This document shows positions 50,766-64,000 of a stretch of DNA of 64,000 nucleotides, piece after piece. Each line of letters begins with the position of its first letter. Position 1 is the stretch's first letter. Source of the DNA: Octopus vulgaris (taxonomy: Eukaryota). Position numbers and translations under genes: made by a program. Under the pieces are notes generated by a model. It ran no database searches, was not told the DNA's origin, and worked only from the letters and a program-made list of their open reading frames with translations. The stretch lies in assembly GCA_951406725.2 (NCBI GenBank), contig OX597831.1, forward strand, positions 45,756,001-45,820,000, written 5' to 3'.

Positions 50766-51584
50766 GCTCAGCGGTATTTCGTCTGCCGTTTCGTTCTGAG
50801 TTCAAATTCCGCCGAGGTCGACTTTGCCTTTCATCCTTTCGGGGTCGATTAAATATGTACCAGTTACACACTGGTATCGATGTAATCGACTTAATCCGTT
50901 TGTCTGTCCTTGTTTGTCCCTTCTGTGTTTAGCCCCTTGTCGGAAGTAAAGAAATAGGTATTTCGTCTGCCGCTATGTTCTGAGTTCGAATTCCACCGAG
51001 GCCGACTTTGCCTTTCATCCTTTCGGGGTCGATTAAATAAGTACCAGTTACGCACTGGGGTCGATATAATCGACTTAATCCGTTTGTCTGTCTTTGTTTG
51101 TCTTCTCTGTGTTTAGCCCCTTGTGGGTAGTAAAGAAATAGGTATTTCGCCTGTCACTACGTTCTGAGTTCAAATTCCGCCGAGATCGACTTTGTCTTTC
51201 ATCCTTTTGAGGTCGATAAAATATGTACCAGTGAAACACTGTTGTCGATGTGTAATCGATTAGTCCCCTTCCCCACGATTTCAGGCCTTGTGCCTATAGT
51301 AGAAAGGATTATTATTATTGTTGTTGTTATTGTTGTTGTCGTCGTTGTTATTATTAAGGCAGCGAGCTGGCAGAATCGTTAGCACGCTAGACGAAATGCT
51401 TAGCAGTATTTCGCCCGTCGCTACGTTCTGAATTCCGCTGAGGTCGACTTTACCATTCATCCTTTCGGGGTCGATAAAATAAGTACCATTTGAGGACTGA
51501 GATCGATGTAATCGATCATCCTCCTCCCCCAAATTTCAGACTTTGTGCCTATAGTAGAAAAGATTCTTCTTCTTCTTCTTCTTA

Positions 51585-51619
<35 letters not shown>

Positions 51620-52040
51620 TAGGTGGCGAGCTGGCAGAATCATTAGGACGCCGGGCGAAATGCTTAGCGGCATTTCACCTGTATGCACGTTCAAAGTTCA
51701 AATTCCGCCAAGGTCGACTTTGCCTTTCATCCTTTCGGGGTCGATAAATTAAGTACCAGTTGAGTATTGGGATCGATGTAATCTACTTAACCCCTCCCCC
51801 AAAATTTCAGGCCTTGTGCCTTTATTATCATTAAGGCGGCGAGCTGGCAGAATCGTTAGCACGCCGGGCGAAATGCTTAGCAGCATTTCGTCGGCTTGCA
51901 CTATTTGAGTTCAAATTCTGTCGAGGTCCACTTTGCCTTTCATCCTTTCGGGGTCGGTAAATTAAATACCAGTGAAACACTGGAGTCGATGTAATCGACT
52001 AGTTTCAAAATTTCAGCCTTGTGCCTATAGTAGAAAGGAT
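50766..52040 (+). mobile_element. Cluster and multimers of SINE family C
   Basis: Repeated GAGTTCAAATTCCGCCGAGGTCGACTTTGCCTTTCATCCTTTCGGGGTCGAT core; about 190-bp head-to-tail units at 50766-51290. Confidence 0.85.
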
Positions 52041-52974
52041 TTTTCTGTTTTTCTTTCTTTCTTTTTTTTTTTCTTAGGCGGGGAGATATATAATATTAAA
52101 TATTCTTGCATACCCACCATTTCGATCACTCGCCTGATCCAGCTGGACGGGACGTTACTCAAGAGAGGGTGAGAGAAAGTTGAGGCGAAAGAGTACAACA
52201 GGGATCGCCACCACTCCCTGCCGGAGCCTCGTGGAGCTTTAGGTGTTTTCGCTCAATAAACACACACAACGCCCGGTCTGGGAATCGAAACCGCGATCCT
52301 CCAACCACGAGACCTCTGCCCTAACCACTGGGCCATTACGCCTCCTCCTCCAAATTACATCCTGTTATCTTTTAAAAATGGATATGTTGGGGGACGGAGG
52401 CGGGGGTGGGGTGGAATGTAGTATCCCAGGGTTATACAATGCTTTTCTTCTTTTTCTCTGTACTTGTTTCACTCATTGAACTGTGGCACCGCTTGGAGGG
52501 ATTTCAGTCGAAAATCGACCCCAGTACTTATTTTAAAGTGCGGTAAGCCATCTTGGCGAGTTGCTACATTACAGGAAAGTAAACAAACCAACACCAGTTG
52601 TAATGCTGTGTGGTGGCGAGGAAACAAATACAGACACAAAGGCACACACACACACACATATATATATATACATGTATACAATGGGCTTCCACACAGTTTC
52701 CGTCTACCAAATTCACTCACAAGACATTGGTCGGCCAGAGGCTATAGTAGGAGACATTTGCTCAAGATGCCTTGCAGTGGGATTGAACCCGATACCATAT
52801 GACTGTAAGGCGAGCTTCTTAACCACACAGCTTGGGGTAATAAAAAAAAGTGAACTAATTCTGGCTGGAATGCTTTAACCATTAATCTGTTCTATCAATA
52901 CTAACTTAAATCCAAACAACAACAACAACAACTACTACTACTACTACTACTACTACTACAATAATAATAACAAT

Positions 52975-53838
52975 CTTTTCTGTTATAGACACAAGGCCTG
53001 AAATTTCGTGGGTGGGGGCTAGTCGATTACATCGACCCCAGTGCTCAGCTACTACTTTATTTTATTGACCCCGAAAGGATGAAAGGCAAAGTCGACCTCG
53101 GCAGAATTTGAACTCAGAATATAGATACGAACGAAATGCTGTTAAGCATTTTGTCCGGCGTGCTAACGATTCTGCCAACTAGTCGCCTTTACCACAATAA
53201 TAATTGTCTCAATTTTTGGTACAAGGCCAGCAATTTCAGGGGAGGGGTTAAGTCTATTACATCGACCCTAGTGTTCAACTGGTACTTATTTTACCGACCC
53301 CGAAAGGATAACAAGCAAAGTCGGTCTCGGCAGAATTTGAACTCAGAACGTAAGATATGGACGAAATATCGCTATGCAAACGATTCTGCTGGCTTGCCGC
53401 CTTAATAATAATTATAATCCTTTCTACGAAAGGCACAAGGCTTGACATTTTGGTGGGAGGGGACTTGTTGATTATATCGATCCCAGTGTTTCATTGGTAC
53501 TTAACTTATCGACCCCGAAAGGATGAAAGCAAAGTAGACCACGACGGAATTTGAACTCAGAACGTAACGACTGACGAAATGCCGACTAAGCATTTCGCCC
53601 GGCGTGCTAACGTTTCTTATTTCTTTATTGCCGACAAGGGGCTAAACATAGAGGGGACAAACAAGGACAGACAAAGGGATTAAGTCGATTAAATCGACCC
53701 CAGTGCGTAACTGGTACTTAATTCATCGACCCCGAAAGGATGAAAGGCAAAGTTGACCTCGGCGGAATTTGAACTCAGAACATAGCGGCAGACGAAATAC
53801 CGCCCGGCGTGCTAACGTTTCTGCCAGCTCGCCGCCTT
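52975..53838 (-). mobile_element. Cluster of SINE family C in the opposite orientation
   Basis: ATCGACCCCGAAAGGATGAAAGGCAAAGTCGACCTCGG-like core x4; also at 31290-31705, 33960-34555, 40175-40400 and 55635-56158. Confidence 0.85.
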
Positions 53839-55878
53839 TACTCCAATAATAATAATATTAATAATAATAATCAGCGAATGTCGACGCGAACAGGTGATCA
53901 TGACCAGTCCCTACCGAACGTTAGATGCACTTAATATGAACGGTCATGTCCTGTTATTTTTTGATGATGTCAACTATGCGCAATTTGTCATTGCCTTTGT
54001 GATATCTTATGACACATGTTGATTTTTATAGAAGTCAATTTTTTCCAGGAACCAAATGCGCAATAATATTTTTTTTCCTTGGAGTAGTGAAACATAAATA
54101 ACACAAAAGCATTTATTTATTTTTATATGATTACTTCTCTTAGTTTAAGTGCATGACTGACTTCCTCCCAGTTTATTCTTCTTTGCACCCTTTTCAAGCC
54201 TAGCCAGGCTCATGGGCCCGGTTTCCCGGTTTCTATGGCGCATGTGTTCCCCCCAGCTGGACGGGACGCCAGTCCATCGCAGCGTTACTCAAGAAACAGG
54301 AAGAAAGAGTGAGAGAGAAAGTTGGGGCGAAAGAGTACAACAGGGGTCGCCACCACTCCCTGTCGGAGCCTCGTGGAACTTTAGGTGTTTTCGCTCAATA
54401 AACACACACACAACGCCCGGTCTGGGAATCGAAACCGCGATCCTCCGACCGCGAGTCCGCTGCACTAACCTCTGGGCCATTTCGCCTCCTCCCAGTTTAT
54501 TACTAATGCTTATATCATGAAACCCGAGGTAAATGAAGGCAAAGTTGATCACAATACGATTGGTGCTTGCAAACTAAAGGGATGAAAATAAATATTCTAA
54601 CTGCAAGTAATGTACGGGAGATGTTCCATATGTTCTGAATTCAATATACTTAATGACGTGATAGGAGGAAAGAATAGCTTTGTTTTATTTTCATTTTATT
54701 TTTACTTATTTTTCGGCAAATACTTTTATTTACCATCAAAATTCCCATTAACGTCAATAATGTATTTTTCAAATCGACTGCACAGCTGCTTTAATTGCTT
54801 AGTGCCATGTAAATAGAGTTGTTTTGTCCTGTTTAACTTACCTCTGTTTAGTAGCCGAATGCAGTTCTTCATCACAAGATAATTAGCCGTCTTTCAAAAT
54901 GTGCTTCAAATTTGGAAATAAGTGAAAACCACATGGAACAGGGTTTGGTGACTAGGTTGTTCTTGTTGTCTTCTTCTTCTTCCTCTTCTTCTTCTTCCAA
55001 TCAGGACCTCACGCCATTAGCCACAAAGAATAATCTCTAATTCGAGCCTACTCTAAGCTATTAAGAATGCGTGTGGCAACTTGAAGATCCACCCACCACA
55101 CGCGATAGACTGGCGGTTGCAGGGGTGCGAAAGCTACGCTGTTATCCTCATTTCGTAAACAGTGGCTTTTAACGGGTGGAGAGCTGAACCATCCTGGGGC
55201 ACAGAGGATTCGCAATCTAGACTAGGGTCTGAAAGTTTTACCACACCATAGTGGGTTACACCATGGTTCCTCTGCTTTGTGACAGAAGTACGAAGAAAGA
55301 GTGAGAGAAAGTTGTGGTGAAAGAGTATAGCGGGGTTCACCCCCACCACCTCCCTCCGCCGGAGCCTCGTGGAGCATAGGTGTTTTTGCTCAATAAACAC
55401 TCACACTGCCCGGTCTGGGAATCGAAACCAAGTTCTTACGACCGCGAGTCCGCTGCCCTAACCACTAGGCCATTGTGCCTCCACTGTTGCTGTTGTTGTT
55501 GTTGGAAGCGATGTATATAACTTTTCAAAGTAACATTTACGTATAGCATCATTTAATACAAGAGCCATGTAAGTTCGAACATTGTTGTGAAGAAGTGGGA
55601 CACTCGGAGTTTATTTAATCTCACAGAAAATATTGGTTTCAAATTTTGGCGCAAGACCAGCCAGTTTGTATGAGGGAGGGCAAGTCGATGACAGCAAACA
55701 CTCCCCCCCCCTTCCCCAACTCCGAAAGGATGAAAAGCAAAGTCGACCTCGGTGGAATTTGAACACAGAACGTAAAATCGGAGGAAATGCCGCTAAGTAT
55801 TTTGCCTGGCGTGCTAACGAAGCTGCCAGCTTGCCGCCGTAATCTCACGGCAAAATATTCTAAAAAGTGTTCTTGAAA

Positions 55879-55942
<64 letters not shown>

Positions 55943-56196
55943 TTACTGCCCACAAGGGGCTAAACATAGAGGGGGCAAACAAGGACAGACAAAGGATTAC
56001 ATCGACCCCAGTGCGTAACTGGTACTTAATTTATCGACCCCGAAAGGATGAAAGGCAAAATCGACCTCGGCGGAATTTGAACTCAGAACGTAACGACAGA
56101 CGACATACCGCTAAGCATTTCGCCCGGCGCGCTAACGTTTCTGCCAGCTCGCCGCCGTAATCTCATGGCAAAATATTTTAAAAAGTGTTCTTGAGA

Positions 56197-56433
<237 letters not shown>

Positions 56434-56509
56434 AATCCAAACGGAAACAAAAAACAACAACAAGGGAACAATTATATTATTATAATAGGCGCTCAGGAAA
56501 TGGAAGAAC

Positions 56510-58370
56510 AGATGTGTGTGTATGTGTGAGTGTGTGCGTGTGCGTGTGTGTATGTGTGTGTGTGAGGCGAGGTAAAAAAACAAAAAATATATGTATGTGT
56601 TAGTGTGTAGGCGTGTGAGGTAGGGCGAGACGGTGGTCAGCATAGCAGCAGCATAGCAGATAAAGGTCAGTAGTGAGAAAAGGGAGGAAGGAGGAAGGGA
56701 GGGAGGGGAAGGGGTGGGAAAAAAAGGGACGGGCGGGAGGTCTCGTCGGGTCCAAGGGCGAGGTGCATGCGGGCGCATGCGTGCGCGAACCGGCGCAAAC
56801 GCGTGTGTGCGCGAGCCTGCGAGTGTGCGCGTACGTATGTGTGCGTGTGGATGTGTGAGTGTGTCTGTGTGTATGTCTGGGTGGCAGTGTGTCCGATGAA
56901 TGTATGTGAGTATGTGTGTATATATGTGTGTGCATAGATGTATGTCCGTGTGTGTGTGTGTGTGTGTATGTGTGTATGAGTGTGTATGTATGTACGTGTG
57001 GGTGTGGGGAAGTGTGTGTATGTGCATGTGTGTGCGCGAACATACAGGTGTGTGAGTGAGTGCGTGTGTGTGTATGTATGTGTGAGTGTGTATGTATGTG
57101 TGTGTAGGATGCATGTATGTGTATGGGTGTATGTATGCGTGTGTGTATGTATGTATGTGTACGTGCGTGTGTGTGTGTGTATGCGTGTAGGTGTGCGCGT
57201 GTGCATGCGTGCATGTATGTGCGTATGTGTGTGTGTGTGCATGTGTGTGGGTATATATGTGTGTGCGTATATGTGTGTGTATGTGCGTACATGTGTGTGT
57301 GTGTGCATGTGTGTGTGTAGGTGTGTAGGCGTGTGTGTATAGGTGTATGTATGTAAGTATGTATGGGTGTGTCCGTGTATGTGTGTATGTATGTGTGTGT
57401 ATGTAGCTGTGTGGGCGTGTGTATATGTGTGTGTATGTAGGTGTGTAGGCGTGTGTATATAGGTGTATGTATGTATGTCTGGGTGTGTCCGTGCATGTTT
57501 GTGTGTGTGTGTGTGTGCATGTGTATGTAGGTGTGTGTGTACGTGTGTAATGTATGTGTGTATGCGTGTGTATGCGTGCGTGTGTGTATGTAGGTGCGTG
57601 TGTATGTGTGTGGGAGTGTAGGTGTGTGTGTGCGTGTGCGTGTTTATGTTGGTGTGTGCGTATGTGAGTGTGAGTGTATGAGTGTTTGTCATGCATGTGT
57701 GTGCGCGTGCAGGTGAGTGTGTGTGTAAGTATGTGTGTGTGTATGTTTGTGTGAGTGTGTATGTGTGTATGTCTGTGTGTATGTATGTGCGTATAGGAGT
57801 ATGTAGGTATGTGTGTGTGTATGTATATGGGTGTATGTATGTGTGTGTGTGTGCATGTGTATAAGTATATGCGTGTGTGCGTATGTGTGTGTATGTGTAT
57901 GTGTGTGTGTTTATGTATGTGTGTATGTATGTGTGTAGGCGTGAGTGTGTAGATGTATCTATGTATGGGTGTGTGTCAGTGTGTGTTTGTGTGTGTGTAG
58001 GTAGATGTGTGTGTCTGAGTGAGGGTATGGCTGTGTAGGTGTGTGTGTGTATGAATGTAAGTGTGTGCGTATACAAGTGTAATGTATGTATGTGGGTGTG
58101 TGTGTGTGTGTATGTGTACGTGTGCGTGTGTATGTGTGTGTGTGTATGCGTGTGAGTGTGGGTGTATGGGTGTATGTCTGTGTGTGTGTATGTCTGAAGT
58201 GGGTATGTGTGTGTATGTATGTGTGTGTGTGTGCGGGTATGTGTGTGTGTGTATGTGTGTGTGTGAGTAGGTGTGCGTGTATGTATGTGGGTAGGGATGC
58301 ATGCGAGTGTGTGGGTATGTATGCAAACATACGCATATATATATATATATATACACGTGTGTGTGTATGT
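56510..58370. repeat. About 1.9-kb degenerate (TG)n/(GTAT)n low-complexity tract
   Basis: Alternating purine-pyrimidine sequence; source of the His/Thr-rich spurious ORFs. Confidence 0.95.
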
Positions 58371-58371
58371 A

Positions 58372-59540
58372 AGAACTTACTGTGGACAAGGCTGTGTAGC
58401 GTTCGATTATAAATTTTTAAAAATACACATTAAGTACAGGACATCACCATTCGTTGGTGATATCCTGTACTCAAAGGAGTTTGGAGCTATGCTGATCAGC
58501 TCCTTTTTCTCAAAACTGTCATCAAGGAAGCCAAGCAACATCGCCGTAATCTCTTAACGATATAGATAGACTACAAGAATGTGCTCTACTCTGTGCTTTA
58601 CTCATGGGTGATAGAATCACTACACCTTGCCAGAGCACCAGCTGCTATAGGGAATGTCATTGAAAGTGTAACGACAACATAGTCCGCACAGTTATCGTTG
58701 ACAACTACTAAAGCAACATCTATTGTTGCAAACAGAAGTAAGCTATCAACAGGCATGATCCAAGGTGATAATTTATCTGCAGTGTTGTTTGTACTGGCAA
58801 TGAATCTCTTGTCAGCCCGGTTAACAAAATGACAAGGCGTCATGCTGGGATATGCAGGAAAGAATAAAATTAATGTCACCCACACATTTTCTGTTGATGA
58901 CTAAATTTATATTCTGATAATATAAACAACATAGAGAGACAAATAGAACTAGTTACAACATTCTCACGGGACATAGGAATGCAATTTGGGCGAGATAAGT
59001 GCTCAGGGATGATAGTCAACCAAGGAAAGATTGTCGACCAGATAGAGAACATGTACATCAATGAATTGTCTATCTCTTCTATCTCCAATGAAGAAAACTA
59101 CAAGCATCTCGGAATCGATGAGAATGTTGCATGCGTCGGAGTTGTGACTAAAGCCAGAATAATAAAACAGTATTTCTGTGGACTCCGGAAAATATGGAAG
59201 TCAGAGTTGCCTGCATTTAATAAGACCATATCTCACAATGGTTTTGCAGTGCCAGTGCTAGTACCAACATTTAGGATATTGGACTGGACACTCGACATGA
59301 TACGCAGCCTGGACAACAAAACTGGAGGGGTACTAACCACCACTGGCAACTTCCACATTAACAGCGACACTGATAGGATCCATTTGAGACGAAGTGATGG
59401 TTGTAGAAACATAAGGTCAGTCCAAAAAGCCTTCGACTGTTGCATTGTATCACTCAGACAACACCTGCTAAACAGTAAAGAAAGAAATTAGTTAATTCCA
59501 TGCAAACTAAAAAGTGAGAGCAATAACATCCTCATGTTTA
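58372..59540 (+). mobile_element. Decayed R4/Dong-like non-LTR reverse transcriptase fragment
   Basis: IDYK, G.IQGDNLS..LF.LAMN.LS, VDD, GMQFG.DKC, YKHLGI, IWKSEL..NK, AVPVL, DR....R..G motifs. Confidence 0.72.
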
Positions 59541-60035
59541 TGGTCGAGCCTGTAATAGAGGAGACCACCGACATTCTTGGCCACCGGGCCATATCCCTGC
59601 TCACAGTATTCAGGACGGAGATGACTGTCCACCAGTGCCCCGTGAGTTAGAGTGCTGTTCCAGCGCACCTATTTCACCATCCTCTAGGGCAACACCTTAT
59701 CCATTTTGTCTGCTGGAAACACACCTTAATATAAAGTTACGTATATATATCACCGTGACCGACCAGGTTATCAGATGCTACACATCGTTGGTCACAATGC
59801 GCTTCGCAATGTTTTAGCCTTCAAATGACGCCACCCCGCTGGCTAAGCGGGCAGGCCAACAGAAGAAAGAGTGAGAGAAAGTTTACAGAGAAAGAGTACA
59901 GCAGGGATCGCCACCACCCCCTGCCGGAGCTAGGTGTTTTCGCTCAATAAACACTCACAACGCCCGGTCTGGGAATCGAAACCGCGATCCTACGACCGCG
60001 AATCCGCTGCCCTTACCACTGGGCCATTGCGCCTC

Positions 60036-60067
<32 letters not shown>

Positions 60068-60205
60068 TACACACACACACATGGATCGTCGGTAAATCAT
60101 AAATCCGAAAAAGAAGCACACTCTAAGTCATAGAGCAGTATAGTATAAAAATAGATAAGACCAGTCAATCCCATAAACCGGCCTTATCTATCTTTATATA
60201 TATAT

Positions 60206-60578
60206 ACTAGCAGTATCGCCCGGCGTTGCTCGGGTTTGTAAGGGAAATAACTATAAAGCATTCTTAGAGAGTTATAGCCAAAAAATGGGAAAAAAATTAT
60301 GGTAAATTTTTTTTTAGTTAAAAAGGTCGAGTTGCGTCCCCTAGACAGTCTGTGGTTTGTGTTTCTAATTCTCGACCCCATGTCGAATTTATCGATTTTT
60401 TTCAGAACTGGGGGAACTTTTCAAAATTTTCTCTGCATTAGTTTTGAATTATGACATTGGGCTATGTGTGTGTCAAGTTTCATCAGAATCGGTTGAAAGC
60501 CGTGGTCAGGGTGAGGGTACAACCTAACAGACACACAGAAACACACACAGACAAACTGCCGTTTATATATAGAGAGAT
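60206..60578 (-). mobile_element. Non-autonomous Helitron-like element
   Basis: Shares the ACTAGCAGTATC.CCCG.CGTTGCTCGGGTTTG end with the 12385 copy; minus-strand TCTCTATATA start. Confidence 0.62.
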
Positions 60579-61796
60579 ATCGTCAATGTATCATATATCC
60601 GAAAGAGAAGCACACTACAGTATAGAGCAGTAACGTATTAAAGTAATAAAGTTAATGTCTGGTCATAGAGTTCCGCATCCACAAAGGCTGTAGCCTCGCG
60701 GATGACTCATCAGACTCTAGACAAATTTAACTCTTCACTTCTATGTGAATTTAGAAATACTATTACCCATTCATAAGGCAATAAGAAAAAATCTTAAATA
60801 TAAAAACTACTGTGCAGGTACTCTGAGAATACAATTGTCTCATGCGTATAGGTTCCGGTAGGGAGGCAATCTCGGAGGGTTCTCCGGGCGAGACACACTC
60901 CAACTACGCCCAGGTCCGTCTTAGCAGTATTATAGGCCCTCAGGCAAATCAAGGCTCTGGGCCCTATAATATTTATTTATTAACAGCAAATCACTGCATA
61001 CATAGATTAGAATTAGGATCCTGGAACCTGCTGGGTCCCTGGGCAACTGCTCAGTGTACACATGTCTGAAGACGGCACTGGCTACGTCACTGAAGTGTAT
61101 GAGGTATAACCTCTTCTTTGGATAAGCGGTAGCACTTCCAGATGGTTCTTCAGGTGAAAACTAGATGAGTTGACACAGAGCTTGATTAAACGTTCTGCTC
61201 AGAAGTACTACAAAACATCTGCGCGAAGTTTAATTTCTTGAACCAGGAACAGATTGAGCAAATGCTTCTTTATCCGCTCAGCTTTTTTGCTTGTGAGTTA
61301 TATCTTTAATTAGTTCTATCTATTGATCAGAAGCAAAAACTAAAGCATTTATTTCATATTTTTTCAACAATATGAAGACCAACCTTTAGTATTAAATAAA
61401 ATTTGTTTGATGATTTTTTTATCGACTAACTGCTAGAGAATCCTCCGGTTAGAGTAAATCGTTCGCGATACATTACTAAAAATTCTTTAAATAGATTCTA
61501 GAACGATTACAAGCAAAGTCATACCTGGCGTGAATTCGAATCAGAAGAATATAATGCGCATCTAAATACGATAATTTATGTAGTTCGATGTTCTATTGTC
61601 CTGATCTCTTCACGACTATCGTACATTCATTGTACCCCTCCGTCCACTAGTTAAATTAAACTCAAAATCTGAGCCTTTCGTACCCAGAAGTATTAGATAT
61701 ATATCAAAATACATATCGACAGATATACATTTTTCAATCGCTGACGTCACTAAAATGATTGAGAGTTGTGACGTTTTATACCCTTTCCAAAACCAT

Positions 61797-62015
61797 GCGA
61801 GGGTGTGCTGAAAAGTTCCTGGTTTTGAGTAAAAGAAAATACAAAAGGGTCAGTTAATTATGATTTCATTCAACATATCACCCTCTCAGATTTACACACT
61901 AGTTGCAGTGGTTCTTCAGTTTTTCTACGCCACGTAAAAGACCTCGCAAAGTTGCGTTCCAACCAAGCTTTTCGTGACACCCTTAAAGCCAAGAACTTTT
62001 CAGTACCCACCTCGT
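61797..62015. mobile_element. Mariner-derived MITE
   Basis: CGAGGGTGTGCTGAAAAGTTC / GAACTTTTCAGTACCCACCTCG TIRs. Confidence 0.75.
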
Positions 62016-62816
62016 AAATGACTCCAGTAAAGGGCTATATCTATAACAAGGAAACAAGGTCGTGTTTTAACAGAATCGTTAAAGTGTCGAACAAAATACT
62101 TTGCACTATTTTTTCAACCCTTTGTGTTCTGCGTTCTAATCCTGCCAAAGTTAACTTAGCCTTTCACTTTCCCAGGATCGATAAAATAGAGTCCTGGGTT
62201 GATTTAATCGAGTGACTTTAATGTCTCACAGCCTTCTTCACGTAAGAGACTACAGCTGATTCCGAATGAATATTCTTCGTGCTGATTCCGAATGTAAGCC
62301 GTAACGGCCATACCATGCATTATTAGCGTTGAAAGACATTAATTAATAATCAAATTGAACAATATTACACAAAAATTTTATAGTTAACGAGATATATGGA
62401 GCACCCGTCATCGTTCACGAAGAAGTGCAAGTTGTAATCGATAGACAACAATGAGAATGAGAAATCGAAACCATCTAATTAACTCGGTTTGCAAGAAATT
62501 ACACCCTATTTCTAAAGTGCTCTAAGGTATATACGAAGATATCTTATAGCTAGACATGAAACCTGATATATTTTAAGGGGGAACAAACGAAGAAATTATA
62601 ACGAAGAGAGATTATCCTAACCGGGAATCAAACTCTTCTTACGAACACGACACACCTCAAGTTTAATGTGCCTTAGTTCTTATGTAGATATGCAAACTGT
62701 CATGGAAAAGTATATATCGATTCATTCGACTGTTTTATTTCTGGAATTTATTTGAATAGATTCTGAAAATTTTGACTCTTTTACTCCAAAGAAAACATTG
62801 TTACGTCAAAATGTAA

Positions 62817-63210
62817 GGCGGCGAGCTGGCAGAAACGTTAGCACACTGGGCGAAATGCTTTGCGGTATTTCGCCTGCCGCTACGTTCTGAGTTCAAATTC
62901 CGCCGAGGTCGACTTTGCTTTTCATCCTTTCGGGGTCGATTAAATAAGTATCAGTTACGCACTGGGGTCGATATAATCGATTTAATCCGTTTGTCTGTCC
63001 TTGTTTGTCCTTTCTGTGTTTAGCCCCTTGTGGGTAGTAAAGAAATAGGTATTTCGTCTGTCTTTACGTTCTGAGTTCAAATTCTGCTGAGGTCGACTTT
63101 GCCTTTCATCCTTTCGGAGTCGATAAAATAAGTACTAGTTGCGTACTGGAGTCGATCTAATTGACTGGCTCCCTCCCCCAACATTTTGGGCCTTGTGCCT
63201 AGAATAGAAG
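62817..63210 (+). mobile_element. Full SINE family C dimer
   Basis: GGCGGCGAGCTGGCAGAA head followed by two core units. Confidence 0.85.
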
Positions 63211-63915
63211 AAAAAATGGTATCCTTCCTACCCAATGTGTTATGGGTCACGTAACAAACGCACTGAATGACTGAGGGTCTGGAATGATCTCATCTTTCGA
63301 ACTCGGAAATATTCAACTATCAAGGAAGACTGTCAGTTTTTGTTGTTTTGAGGGTTTTTATTTTTTGCTTTTTTTTTTTTTTTAGCTTTTGGGTATTTTT
63401 CCCCCACAAATTCTTGATATATCTTAGAGAAAACTTCATTTTAATCAATTTATCTCAACTGGATGACAGTTTTTAACGCCAATTGTCAATGAATATTTTC
63501 TTGTTACCCAACCCATGTTTTCCGGGTAGCTTTTTTTTTTTTTAACTTCTGTTTGAAGTCCAAAACAGGAAATTGGTTAGAAAATATCAACTGTAAATAA
63601 TAATTATTTACAGATGACCTCGACTGAAAAAGGATGATGACAAATATTGATTCAGTATACAAGGATATACACTTACTTTCCTGTTCAGGAACTTCTGATT
63701 AAAACAAAGCGACTTAAAAGTATCTGGCCTGCATTCTATCACCAGATTATGGAGTTGTGCTGTTAGCTGTCACTAGAGACCCCACGATCTCTGGAACCAT
63801 TAATTCTTGGAGACATAATTACGGTAAATTAGAATTCTAATTTTCTTTTCACGCTTTGTTTTCTTATTAAATCAAATTGATGAATCATTTGCTGTTGTTA
63901 ATACTGTTGTTGTTG

Positions 63916-64000
<85 letters not shown>

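Overview
AT-rich, microsatellite- and SINE-dense eukaryotic DNA whose repeat content points to an octopod cephalopod (inference). I reconstructed two intron-containing genes by hand, both on the minus strand and mostly missed by the ORF track. (1) A complete CPEB1/Orb-class gene: 11 coding exons, 49350->44658, 490 aa, with two RRMs and a ZZ zinc finger, very short introns, an intron just after the stop codon and a CPE-containing 3'UTR. (2) The 5' part of a MYCBPAP-like ciliary/flagellar gene: 8 exons from about 35265 to 3014, continuing off the left edge, with a GC-AG intron and an X-box/TCTCGCGAGA promoter candidate. The rest is transposon debris: CR1-, Tx1/L1-, RTE-, R4-like and Penelope-like retroelements, mariner relics, TTAA- and TA-flanked MITEs, Helitron-like elements and at least four SINE families. 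The most notable non-coding signals are several minimal hammerhead-ribozyme motifs in Penelope-like inverted repeats inside MYCBPAP introns (several in pre-mRNA sense), a 16-bp minisatellite of 5' splice-site hexamers beside a CPEB1 donor, a tandem pseudoknot-module SINE, and an apparent CpG-depletion boundary near 34 kb. All calls were made by eye; no database search was run.
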